From contig JAFUDL010000537.1 of assembly GCA_017459225.1 (NCBI GenBank), forward strand, positions 1 to 46,591: 46,591 nucleotides of DNA. Reading direction: 5' to 3'. The notes under the pieces were generated by a model. The model was not told the origin of the DNA. It made no database searches and saw nothing but the letters and a program-made list of their open reading frames with translations. A program made the position numbers and the translations under genes. Below, piece after piece: positions 8,331 to 16,854 of this stretch. This stretch comes from Kiritimatiellia bacterium (GTDB lineage: Bacteria > Verrucomicrobiota > Kiritimatiellia > RFP12 > UBA1067). Position 1 is the stretch's first letter. Every line of letters starts with the position of its first letter.

Positions 8331-9244
8331 TTCGATAGGGTGTTTGGCCCTTGCTTCTTCTGAGCCTCTTGCTTCCATTGTCCTTCTAATTGCTTTTCTA
8401 TCTTCCGTGTTCTCTCCGTATATATGCGTTCCCTCGCCTTGCGCTTTTCTCCTTCGATGCTATATCGGATTTCCAACTCCTTCATTTTCCTGAGCCTGTC
8501 GCGCTCTTCACGAGAATATCTTATCTGGCTTGCGGAACATCCGGCATTGGCTAACTTTACGTACTGCGCGTCGGTGACGTACCTCGACTCGCAGGCTGCG
8601 TCCGCTATAGGATTGCGCTCCCCTTCTTTAAGAGTCTTCTTGTGTTCGACGGCTTGGTTGACGATCCACTCAAAATCCGCATTAGACACGGCGAGTTGTT
8701 TGGCGACGTGGCAAAGATCCGGCAGCATGGACGGATCCTTTCTAATGGCGGCGAGGATGCGCGCGGCCTGCTTCGACGTAAGGTCTTCACGTTTCTTGTC
8801 TTTAAGCGCCCTTCCCAGCGACTCGCGCTGAATTGTATTTGTCGGCGACAGATAACGCTCGTCATTCAGGGCTTCGTCAAGGTGGTTAAAGGCGAGGTCA
8901 TAGGACTTCGCCCTCTCTCTTTGCATTCGCCTTTCGGGAGCACGCTCTATGTACTTGTAACAGTCGTACGGCATCCACAAGATGTCGTATGCAGGTGCCA
9001 CAACGCACATCTCGGTTTCATTGATTACAAACCCTACTGGCCAGGTCACAAGGCTGACGCATAGGTAACTGCCCAATGTAGGGAGGAATGGCCAGTATCT
9101 ATAGTTGTTATCGAGGTTCCACAGGGCCCTCGTCGAATTGAAGAACTCACCTCTCCTTGTCTCAAACATATAGCATCCGCCCGACATCGAACAGCAAACG
9201 ATGACAAGCAATGTCTTTGCGAATGTCTTTAGTTTGTCCATCAT
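8315..9244 (-). CDS. Hypothetical lipoprotein (helical, Lys/Glu/Arg-rich C-terminus)
   Basis: The start is moved from TTG 9256 to ATG 9244 (MMDKLKTFAKTLLVIVCCSMSGGC, lipobox-like). It begins 8 nt downstream of the GH89-like stop. I recognise no family motif. The codon usage is visibly AT-richer than the flanks. Confidence 0.5.
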   Translation of the reverse strand: MMDKLKTFAKTLLVIVCCSMSGGCYMFETRRGEFFNSTRALWNLDNNYRYWPFLPTLGSYLCVSLVTWPVGFVINETEMCVVAPAYDILWMPYDCYKYIERAPERRMQRERAKSYDLAFNHLDEALNDERYLSPTNTIQRESLGRALKDKKREDLTSKQAARILAAIRKDPSMLPDLCHVAKQLAVSNADFEWIVNQAVEHKKTLKEGERNPIADAACESRYVTDAQYVKLANAGCSASQIRYSREERDRLRKMKELEIRYSIEGEKRKARERIYTERTRKIEKQLEGQWKQEAQKKQGPNTLSNIVHK

Positions 9245-9252
9245 GGGGTTAC

Positions 9253-11454
9253 TCAATTGCCAAGGAGCGCGGCGATTTCGCGGAGGGTGCGGTGGAAGTT
9301 TTCTTCGGTGCGCGGAAGCGTTGGCGCGAGAGATGCGAGAGGCTTCGCCTTGAGCGCGAGGCGCTCCTTCTCCGCATTGACCTTTATGGCGGCTTTGCGG
9401 TTGCCTGCGGAAACGGCCTTAGCGAGATTTTCCGCCACTGCCTTCACGTGCGGTGCGTACCAGTGGCGCGCAAGCTCGTACTGGTGGCTGCGGCAGTAGC
9501 CGCAAGACGAGTTCTCGAAGAGCGTCTTCTCGAATAGCGGATTGCGGATCTTCTCAACGGCGTCGAGGCGCCGGTACGACTCCCACAGCGAATAGTCCGT
9601 GTGAAGCGCAAGGATGTCCGCCATCCTGTCGCAGAGCGCGGCGATACGATTCGCGCTGGCAACAAGGTCAGCGGGAGAGTTGTTTCCGTTCCCGGCGGAC
9701 TTTCTCCATTTGGCGAGGTCGCAGCCGAACTGCCACACGTGCAGGGCGATTGCACGGTCGAGGACCATGCGCGCGATGTCGATGGCGTCGCGCTGCACGA
9801 GTGGATCGTTCCACGGAACGCGTTGCAGAATCTCAAACGCAACCTTCGCCGCGGAGACGGGCTTCTCCCATTTCCCGATCAGCCCTCCAAGAACGTCGGT
9901 GTTGACCTCGCCGCCTATGCCTAGCACGGCCGTTGAGTAGTTGTTCCCCCAGTCGCGCAGCCACGATGCGGGCAGCACGGCCTTCCACGCGGCCTTCATC
10001 GCCTCTGCGTTCGCACCGTAGCGGCTCGCGCAGAACTCGTCCAGCACCTCGCCGTGCGGAATCGGCTTGTCGGCCCAGGCGTTCGCCGTGAAGAAGCGGA
10101 GCAAGAGCGTGTCGGTGTGGCTCGACTCCGGCCAGAATATGTAGCCCTTGCAGAAGGGATCGTTCTGGACGAGCTTCTGCCGCTTTTCAATGAGCGGATA
10201 GTTCGCGCGCGCGTCGAGCGCCTTTTCGTAGGCGAGGAAGATGGAGTATGTGTATGGGAACTTGCCGATGACGTCCCAGTTGGTGAAGATGCGGTTGTCG
10301 CGGGAAGACGGATAGTCGGCCTCGTAGTCCCAGAGGATAACGCGGTCCTTGTCGAGGGTCTTGAAGTATTCCCGCACCTCCTCGGCCTTCCAGGTGTGGT
10401 AGAAGTCCCAGCCGGCAAGCAGCAGTTTCGCGTCTGGGTAGTCGCGTTTGGCGATGTCGAGGAAGCGGTCGAGCGTCTTCACCTTGAGGTCGAAGTTGGC
10501 CTTGCGGTCCTTGTAGCAGCGGCGCTCGCCGAGGCCGATGGTGTGGAGGAGGAGCGGCTTGGGCGCACCCTTGCCGTAGGCGTCGAGGGCCGTCTTCGTC
10601 AGCTTCCAGTACTCCTCGGCCCAGTCGCCCTGACGGATGTCCCACACGCGCAGATGCGGCTCCGCGTGCGTGGAGTTGGACTGCGGAAGGAACGGCGGCT
10701 TCTTCCCGACGAGGTACGAATCGGGCGTGGGCGAGTACCAGTGGGACATCGTGCCGAAGTCCTCCGGCGCCATGAGCCCCCTCTCGAACGCGTACCGGTG
10801 CAGGTCTTGCCGCAGCTTGCCCCTGAACTCCAGGCTCCAGAAGAGCGTGCGGTCGTTGTAGCCACTGTACATTCCCGGCTGCGGCTTCGACGCGTCAGGG
10901 TATGGACACGTCTCCGGAAACGCGCGCTGGAACACATCGTCCTGCCCGATGCGCAGCATGAACGTGTTGAGGCGTCGCTTTAGGAGCCAGTCGATCTCCT
11001 TCTTCCAGTCGTCGAGCCCCCATTGTTCCGCCTGGAAGCGCGTGAGGCCGCGGTGCGCGAAATAGCGGATGGCGCGGTACTCGTAGTGAGCCTCCTCGTG
11101 GACGTCGAGGTTCGAGAGGTCGATCGAGTCGCGTTTCGGCACCACGTCGCCGTCCCAGAACCAGTGGCATCCGCCGCGACGTTCGAGGAGGTCGTAGAGG
11201 CCATACCATACGCTGCGCATGTTCGAGCCTGTGATGGCGGCGCCCTTCCCCGCCGAAACGATGCTGTATGCGTCGCGGCCGCTCTTCGACACCTTAGGGT
11301 CGATTGCGAACGTGACGATCCCTTCTGGTGCGTTGCGGCCGGTGATCGCCTTGTGGTACTTGGCGAACTCCGCGTTCTGTAAATCAAATTCGCCGGCAAC
11401 CGCTGCGAGAGCGGCACCGGCGAACACTACACATAACAGTTTATTCATGTTCAT
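9253..11454 (-). CDS. Secreted glycoside hydrolase, distant alpha-N-acetylglucosaminidase (GH89/NAGLU)-like
   Basis: The real start is ATG 11454 (MNMNKLLCVVFAGAALAAVAG, a signal peptide), overlapping the upstream stop as ATGA. WKKEIDWLLKRRLNTFMLRIGQDDVFQRAF and a C-terminal FCASRYG..AAWKAVL block parallel NAGLU blocks as I remember them. The 382 upstream codons in the track ORF are an alternative-frame overlap with the permease gene. Confidence 0.55.
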   Translation of the reverse strand: MNMNKLLCVVFAGAALAAVAGEFDLQNAEFAKYHKAITGRNAPEGIVTFAIDPKVSKSGRDAYSIVSAGKGAAITGSNMRSVWYGLYDLLERRGGCHWFWDGDVVPKRDSIDLSNLDVHEEAHYEYRAIRYFAHRGLTRFQAEQWGLDDWKKEIDWLLKRRLNTFMLRIGQDDVFQRAFPETCPYPDASKPQPGMYSGYNDRTLFWSLEFRGKLRQDLHRYAFERGLMAPEDFGTMSHWYSPTPDSYLVGKKPPFLPQSNSTHAEPHLRVWDIRQGDWAEEYWKLTKTALDAYGKGAPKPLLLHTIGLGERRCYKDRKANFDLKVKTLDRFLDIAKRDYPDAKLLLAGWDFYHTWKAEEVREYFKTLDKDRVILWDYEADYPSSRDNRIFTNWDVIGKFPYTYSIFLAYEKALDARANYPLIEKRQKLVQNDPFCKGYIFWPESSHTDTLLLRFFTANAWADKPIPHGEVLDEFCASRYGANAEAMKAAWKAVLPASWLRDWGNNYSTAVLGIGGEVNTDVLGGLIGKWEKPVSAAKVAFEILQRVPWNDPLVQRDAIDIARMVLDRAIALHVWQFGCDLAKWRKSAGNGNNSPADLVASANRIAALCDRMADILALHTDYSLWESYRRLDAVEKIRNPLFEKTLFENSSCGYCRSHQYELARHWYAPHVKAVAENLAKAVSAGNRKAAIKVNAEKERLALKAKPLASLAPTLPRTEENFHRTLREIAALLGN

Positions 11455-12917
11455 TTGGCTGGAGTGGTTGGTTGTACGTTCTGTACAGTTGCCGCCTTCG
11501 GGGCGGCTTCGATGCCTGCGGGCTTCGGCACCGGCATAATGAGCAGCATCAGCCAGGCGACGATTCCTGTGACCAGTCCCACCATCGCGCCGATCTTGAT
11601 CCAGTCGCTGAACTTTATGGGATGCTGGCCGTGCTTTTCGAGAAGGCCGGAGGCGACGATGTTGGCGGTGGAGCCCACCACGGTGATGTTGCCGCCGTAG
11701 CACGCGCCGAAGAGAAGCGCCCACCAGAGCACGGAGTACTCCGACGACATCTTCATCAGCTCCTGAACGACCGGGGTGAAGGACGCCACGAACACGATGT
11801 TGTCCACGAACGCAGAGCCCAGCGAGGAGATCAGCACCACGAGCGGGATCATTCCCGTGGGACCGCCCTTCACGTGCTGCGTGAGCGTTGTGGCGAGGTT
11901 GGCCGTGATGCCGTTCGTGCTGAGCGAGGCCGAGATGGAGAATAGCAGCATGAAGAAGAGCAGAGTCCACCACTCCACGTCGTGCTCCACGTACTGGCGG
12001 GCGCGCGACGGGCGCAGAATCATCAGAAGGCCCGCCATCACGAGCGGCGTCATGATGAGGAACGCGTTGTGGTTCTCGGCGCCCGTGAGCCCGAGCAGTC
12101 CCTCGATCTGGTGGTGGAAGGCGATCACCACCACGGTGGTGAGAAGCACGGCGAGACCGGCCTTGTAGGGTATCTTCGCGGTCGGGCCGAGGCCCGTCTT
12201 GCGGTGGGCCTCCATCGCCTGCGACATCGCATGGATATCCTTGCGGAACCAGAAGAGCGTGATCAGGAACGTGCACACGAGCGCCGCGAACGCCACGGGG
12301 GTTGCGCCAACGAGGAACTGCGAGAACGTGAAGCCGGCCTTGTTGCCGATGAAGATTCCCACGGGATTGCCTAGCATCGTTGCGGACGAGCCTATGTTGG
12401 TGGCCATCACGGCTATGAGCACGAACGGGTGCGGCCTGAGCTTCAGCGTCTCGCACACCTGGAAGACGAGGGCAAGCACCACGACGATGGACGACACTTC
12501 GTCCACGACCGACGCCATCACCGCCGAAAGCAGGCAGAGTATCGCGGTGAAGGATACGCCCGTCATCTTCTTCCTGCTGATGATGAGCTGGATCACCCAT
12601 GTGAGGAAGCCGAGGTCTTTCAGCACGCCCACGATGATCATCATGCCGACAAGGAAGAGGATGATGTCCAGCTCCGTGCCTACAAGCATCTGCCGCAGCG
12701 ACATCGCCTTGCAGCCCACGAGCAGCGCCACGCCTATGAACGCCACGCCCACGCGGCGCTCCCAGAATAGGAGCGTGGTGGAGATGACGGCCGAGAACAC
12801 GGCGAGCGTGAGCGCCTGCGTGGCGTTCGTGGCAAGCCCCGCCTCGAGCCCGCCGAACGTCACGCCGCAGACGATGAGAAGTTGAAGGATGAACTTAGGG
12901 TTGAAGAACTTTTTCAT
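11451..12917 (-). CDS. Ion/anion permease, ArsB/NhaD-like (IT superfamily)
   Basis: This is a 488-aa polytopic membrane protein with about 11-12 hydrophobic segments. Its length and repeated-half layout are typical of ArsB/NhaD/CitMHS-type carriers. The substrate is not inferable. Confidence 0.6.
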   Translation of the reverse strand: MKKFFNPKFILQLLIVCGVTFGGLEAGLATNATQALTLAVFSAVISTTLLFWERRVGVAFIGVALLVGCKAMSLRQMLVGTELDIILFLVGMMIIVGVLKDLGFLTWVIQLIISRKKMTGVSFTAILCLLSAVMASVVDEVSSIVVVLALVFQVCETLKLRPHPFVLIAVMATNIGSSATMLGNPVGIFIGNKAGFTFSQFLVGATPVAFAALVCTFLITLFWFRKDIHAMSQAMEAHRKTGLGPTAKIPYKAGLAVLLTTVVVIAFHHQIEGLLGLTGAENHNAFLIMTPLVMAGLLMILRPSRARQYVEHDVEWWTLLFFMLLFSISASLSTNGITANLATTLTQHVKGGPTGMIPLVVLISSLGSAFVDNIVFVASFTPVVQELMKMSSEYSVLWWALLFGACYGGNITVVGSTANIVASGLLEKHGQHPIKFSDWIKIGAMVGLVTGIVAWLMLLIMPVPKPAGIEAAPKAATVQNVQPTTPAK

Positions 12918-12926
12918 GACGCCCGA

Positions 12927-13847
12927 TCACTCTCTGAATATCTTGTTGAGGAATTCCGTCAGCTTCACAATGCCCACGAGGCGGCCTTCGTCGCGCACGT
13001 AGCACTTGGAGCTCTTGTGCTTCATCATCTCGCAGGAGACCTGCACGGCGGGGCTGCCTGGGGAGACGACGGGATATCTTTCGTCCATTATCGTGGTGAG
13101 CGGCGTGTTGTGCTCGTTGTCGAGAACCTGCGCGAACGGCTCGAAGTCGAGAATGGAGGAATAGTCGTCCATCCAGAGGAAGTGCTCGGGGATGCAGGCG
13201 CGCAGCAGCTTGTCGGCGCGCACCACGCCCTTGAGGTTTCCGGCGGCGTCGGTCACGGGCAGTTCAGAGACATGCTCCGATATGAGGGCGCTTATGCATG
13301 TCTGGAGAGTGCCGTCCTCCGGAAGAGCCCTGAAGTCGTTCGTCATTATGTCCGCCGCCGTGAGGAACCTGGGGAGATACGCCTTGCCGCTCTCGAGGAA
13401 GCGGAACACCTCTCCGGCGCTCATCATTCCTGCGAGCAGCTTGAGGTCCGCCGGATCGTCAAGCATGGTTCCAAGCACCCGAAGCACCTTCAGGTACAGC
13501 GCCGGGTCGTCGCGCGGGATGAGCATGAGGAACACTACATGCACCCTGCCTTCGCCTTCGCCGGACCATTCGACGCCGCGCTCGCTGGTGGCTACCGCGG
13601 CATACGGCCGCTTCAGCCCGTCTATGCGCGCGTGCGGCACGGCAAGGCCGTCTATGATGACGGTTGAACCGCACGCCTCGCGGTCGAGGACGCTCTTCGC
13701 TAGCTCGTCCCCGCTAGGGAGCCCATGACGCTCGGCAAGCCCGGTCACGAGCCTCCGCACGATATCGTCGCGCGACACCTCGCCGCACTGCGGCAACACG
13801 TCCTCCAAACCGAAGAACGCAGTAAGTTTTAATTCTTCTTGTTTCAC
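12927..13847 (-). CDS. PTS EIIA(Ntr/Fru type-2)-domain plus CBS-pair regulatory protein
   Basis: The N-terminal half has LDREACGSTVIIDGLAVPHARIDGL (the EIIA-2 histidine region). The C-terminal half has two CBS-like units (TAADIMTNDFRALPEDGTL..., MDERYPVVSPGSPAV...). It uses a GTG start at 13847 and lies directly upstream of the permease. Confidence 0.7.
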   Translation of the reverse strand: MKQEELKLTAFFGLEDVLPQCGEVSRDDIVRRLVTGLAERHGLPSGDELAKSVLDREACGSTVIIDGLAVPHARIDGLKRPYAAVATSERGVEWSGEGEGRVHVVFLMLIPRDDPALYLKVLRVLGTMLDDPADLKLLAGMMSAGEVFRFLESGKAYLPRFLTAADIMTNDFRALPEDGTLQTCISALISEHVSELPVTDAAGNLKGVVRADKLLRACIPEHFLWMDDYSSILDFEPFAQVLDNEHNTPLTTIMDERYPVVSPGSPAVQVSCEMMKHKSSKCYVRDEGRLVGIVKLTEFLNKIFRE

Positions 13848-13855
13848 GGCAGAAT

Positions 13856-13884
13856 AGTATACCGCTTTTACCTTTTATGTGCAA
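13856..13884 (-). promoter_or_regulatory. Sigma70-like promoter TTGCAC-N17-TATACT, 6 nt before GTG 13847
   Basis: The minus strand reads TTGCAC (13884-13879), a 17-nt spacer and TATACT (13861-13856), then attctgcc-GTG. The predicted +1 is about 2 nt before the start codon. Confidence 0.4.
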
Positions 13885-13898
13885 TGGGAAAGTGGAAA

Positions 13899-13986
13899 TG
13901 TTGCCAGTGTTGCCAATATCCAGTTCCAATGACCAATTGTGCATTGGCAACATTGGAACTGGCAACACTTTCACATTGGCAACATT
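13899..13986. repeat. TGTTGCCA / TGGCAACA inverted array (2 direct plus 3 inverted copies)
   Basis: TGTTGCCA occurs at 13899 and 13908, and TGGCAACA at 13945, 13960 and 13977. The reverse complement of 13942-13986 matches 18250-18293 at 41 of 44 positions in my hand alignment. Confidence 0.85.
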
Positions 13987-14024
13987 CACAACCGACAACT
14001 GAAGATGTGTTAATTGACGCATAA

Positions 14025-16643
14025 CTATATATGGCCACGTTTGATGATGATTGCAAGAACAGCAATGTCTGCAGGATTGACGCCTGGGATGCGTGAAGCC
14101 TGCGCAAGCGTCTCGGGCTTGTAGCGTTTCAGCTTCTCCCGGCTTTCATAACGCACGGCAGTGCATTTGTCGAGATCAAGCCAAGCGGGGAAGGAAATCT
14201 CCTCGTCACGTTTCGCCCGTGCGGCGGCAGCCTCCTCGCGCGTTATGTAGCCCGCATACCGGGCGCGTATCGACAACTGCTCAAGAACTTCTGGCGGGAT
14301 TTTGCATGCTGCGGAATCCTTACCCACCTTCTCACTCACATGTTCATTGCAATTAGCCGGGTCCGTTGCATTGCTCGCGCTATTACTTTCACCTATTTCA
14401 CAAAGGCGTTCTCGTCCATGTACTCCCGTCGCGACATCTACCTCTAGGTCATGCCCTTCATGCCCTGATGGTGGCCTTGCGGTCAACTGCTTGAGAAGCT
14501 TTGGCGACGACTCGATTTCATCGATCATCTGCTGAAAGCGGTGCGTTTCGGCGCGGATGTCGGAAGGGAGCACGCCAATGCGGTCGGCAGCGTTCGATAG
14601 GCGGTAGCGCGCATTGTCCTGGCGCAGTATCAGGCGACGCTCTGCTCGGCTTGTGAACATGCGGTATGGTTCGTCCGTACCTTTGGTGACGAGATCGTCA
14701 ATCAAGACGCCGATGTAGGCATCCTGCCGACTTAGCACGAGCGGAGCCTCGCCCTTCACGGCAAATGCGGCGTTGATTCCGGCCATGATGCCCTGAGCGG
14801 CGGCCTCTTCGTAGCCAGTGGTGCCGTTTACCTGTCCGGCGAAGTAGAGTCCGCTAATCCGCTTCGACTCTAGCGTATGCTTCAATTCGCGCGCGTCAAT
14901 GCCATCGTATTCGATTGCGTAGGCGTAGGCGAGAAACTCAGCATGCTCTAGACCGGGAACGGAATGGACAAGACGTTCCTGGACATCTCGTGGCAGGCTG
15001 TTCGAGAGACCGTTGGGATATATGATCGTTCCGGCCCTGTCTTCGGGTTCTAGCATTACATGGTGGCCAGGCGCGTCAGGGAAGCGGACAATCTTGTCCT
15101 CAATCGATGGACAGTATCTCACGCCCGTCCCGCTTATCGCCCCTCCGTAAAGCGCACTTCGGTCCAGATTCGAGCGAATGATTTCGTGTGTTTCCGCTGT
15201 TGTGCGTGTTGCCCAACAGGACATCTTCGGCTCGTTCAACGGCCATGGAGCCCTTTCTTGTGCCCACACATCATCGTCCGAAGAATGTTCATTAGTCTGT
15301 TTCCACGTGGAAACATTGTTCTTCAAGGCGGCATTTTGAACGTCCGTGATGCCGTGTTCTACGGCTGTAGTGGCGTCGTTCTTGGTCGGCTGCTCATCAT
15401 TACAATCGCCACACGCACCACGCTGGCCCCAAAAATCCGTTCCGCCGCCCGTCCGCATATCCACGGGACAACCACACCCGCCAGCTGCGCCCTTACCTTC
15501 ATCCTGTTTCCACGTGGAAACAGTCCCGCCCGAAGACCTACCCGCGCCACAGACATCACAACAATCTTCGCAACCCTCTGGCCGGGGCACATTCTGGGCG
15601 TGCAATCCGTCCGCACGTTTCCACGTGGAAACGTCGGCCTCAGGAGCAGCTGAAGAATCTGGTAATGGGTAATCGTGCGTTATATTTTCGTTATGCGTCA
15701 TAATTTCCGCGTTCAGACGATCTTGTTTCCACGTGGAAACGCACTTTTCGGGTTGTTGGACGCCGCGGTCGGTCTGTTTCCACGTGGAAACGCCGCCCTT
15801 ATCGTGTCCGATTCGCCCTGGAGTGACCGCCGCGCACAATGCGGCGGCATCACGGTATGGGAATCTTAGGCCTTCTACATGGGCATCATCTTCGCGTTTC
15901 CACGTGGAAACAGACTTGAGCAGCGCCCGTGTGCGTAGCGAAAAGTAGGGAGGATGGGCTTCAGCTGGGTGTTCGACAGTCTTGGAGAAGTCGATGGATG
16001 ACGCTTTGAGGCGCGGTGGAGTGCCTGTCTTTAGGCGGATCAGCGTGAATCCAAGGCGTTCAAGCGATGCGCTAAGCTGATCAACGGCGGGGCGTCCATC
16101 GCCGCCAGAAGGTTTCGCGTCGCGTCCGATGAAGATGCGTCCGCGAAGGGATGTGCCTGTCGTGAGAATGACGGCGCGAGCGGGGATGAAGCCATGTGCA
16201 GATGTTGTCACACCGATTGTCTGAACATGCCTTTCGGCGTCAAGAGGAGTCGTCTGAATCTCTACAACTGCATCTTCGAGCACCTCGAGATTGGTCTGTG
16301 AGGCAATTACGCGCTGCATTCTGAGGGTGTATTCTGCCTTGTCGCATTGAGCGCGTGTGGCCTGCACAGCGGGTCCGCGGCTAGTGTTTAGCGTCTTTTC
16401 CTGAAGGGCGGTGAGGTCGGCGTTGAAGCCCATTTCGCCGCCAAGAGAGTCCAGCTCAAACACCAGGTGGCTTTTGGCAAGGCCGCCGATCGAGGGATTG
16501 CATGGCATGCGGGCGATTGCCGACTTCAGGCTAGTGACGAGAAGGGTGGGCACGCCCATTCGCGCAGCTATGAGAGCTGCCTCTGCACCGGCATGTCCAC
16601 CTCCGACTACAATTATCTCTGGCTTAAAGTTCATATCGGTCAT
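14025..16643 (-). CDS. mnmG: tRNA uridine-5-carboxymethylaminomethyl modification enzyme MnmG (GidA) with a large in-frame insertion
   Basis: It carries [85 protein letters not shown] and [11 protein letters not shown]. It is 872 aa against roughly 630 aa for typical MnmG. The promoter geometry suggests an alternative start at ATG 16634 (M4). Confidence 0.95.
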   Translation of the reverse strand: MTDMNFKPEIIVVGGGHAGAEAALIAARMGVPTLLVTSLKSAIARMPCNPSIGGLAKSHLVFELDSLGGEMGFNADLTALQEKTLNTSRGPAVQATRAQCDKAEYTLRMQRVIASQTNLEVLEDAVVEIQTTPLDAERHVQTIGVTTSAHGFIPARAVILTTGTSLRGRIFIGRDAKPSGGDGRPAVDQLSASLERLGFTLIRLKTGTPPRLKASSIDFSKTVEHPAEAHPPYFSLRTRALLKSVSTWKREDDAHVEGLRFPYRDAAALCAAVTPGRIGHDKGGVSTWKQTDRGVQQPEKCVSTWKQDRLNAEIMTHNENITHDYPLPDSSAAPEADVSTWKRADGLHAQNVPRPEGCEDCCDVCGAGRSSGGTVSTWKQDEGKGAAGGCGCPVDMRTGGGTDFWGQRGACGDCNDEQPTKNDATTAVEHGITDVQNAALKNNVSTWKQTNEHSSDDDVWAQERAPWPLNEPKMSCWATRTTAETHEIIRSNLDRSALYGGAISGTGVRYCPSIEDKIVRFPDAPGHHVMLEPEDRAGTIIYPNGLSNSLPRDVQERLVHSVPGLEHAEFLAYAYAIEYDGIDARELKHTLESKRISGLYFAGQVNGTTGYEEAAAQGIMAGINAAFAVKGEAPLVLSRQDAYIGVLIDDLVTKGTDEPYRMFTSRAERRLILRQDNARYRLSNAADRIGVLPSDIRAETHRFQQMIDEIESSPKLLKQLTARPPSGHEGHDLEVDVATGVHGRERLCEIGESNSASNATDPANCNEHVSEKVGKDSAACKIPPEVLEQLSIRARYAGYITREEAAAARAKRDEEISFPAWLDLDKCTAVRYESREKLKRYKPETLAQASRIPGVNPADIAVLAIIIKRGHI
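15299..15911. repeat. Six perfect copies of the 16-bp palindrome GTTTCCACGTGGAAAC (parS-like) inside mnmG
   Basis: Copies lie at 15299-15314, 15506-15521, 15617-15632, 15725-15740, 15776-15791 and 15896-15911. None has a mismatch and the spacers are unique. Each copy is read as V-S-T-W-K in the mnmG frame. Confidence 0.95.
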
Positions 16644-16652
16644 AGTATATCA
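16644..16652 (-). promoter_or_regulatory. Extended -10 element TGATATACT abutting the first ATG of mnmG
   Basis: The minus strand reads TGATATACT-ATGACCGATATG. The predicted +1 (about 16637) lies after the first ATG and 3 nt before the second ATG (16634). Confidence 0.35.
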
Positions 16653-16692
16653 CAACGAGTGCGGTTGGGGAAGAAGGGAGAGAGGGGGGGAG

Positions 16693-16756
16693 GTTTAAAA
16701 GTTTATAAGTTTGAAGGCTTCGAAGTATATGAGTTTCGGGGTTTGGGTGGTGGAGT
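16693..16756. repeat. Tandem 8-mer array GTTTNNNN, 8 units
   Basis: It reads gtttaaaa gtttataa gtttgaag gcttcgaa gtatatga gtttcggg gtttgggt ggtggagt. Confidence 0.8.
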
Positions 16757-16854
16757 TGATTGCAAATTGCTCTGCTTTGACGTATGTTTATTGCTTTCGC
16801 TGGTTGGAGTTTCGGAGTGTTGGAGGTTTTAAAACTAAACTCCACAGTTGAATG

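Noticed and set aside
11455-12600. N-terminal 382 codons of track ORF 9253..12600, and likewise 21716..22564 of ORF 21716..23557.
   Set aside because: These are out-of-frame read-through across the upstream gene. The real proteins start at a signal peptide (11454) or at a conserved N-terminus (22565).
13899-13986. Sigma-54 promoter reading of the TGGCAACA motifs (TGGCAC-N5-TTGC).
   Set aside because: No copy has a TTGC element at the required 5-nt spacing on the strand of the downstream gene. A sigma70-like TTGCAC-N17-TATACT promoter fits better.
15299-15911. CRISPR array interpretation of the six mnmG palindromes.
   Set aside because: The repeat is only 16 bp and perfectly palindromic. The spacers vary from 35 to 191 nt. 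Everything is in frame inside a conserved gene, and no cas genes are present.
15236-15925. Intein or intron in mnmG.
   Set aside because: There are no intein splice-junction residues (no N-terminal Cys/Ser block, no His-Asn before a C-extein nucleophile) and no homing-endonuclease motifs. I recognised no group I/II intron-like boundaries.
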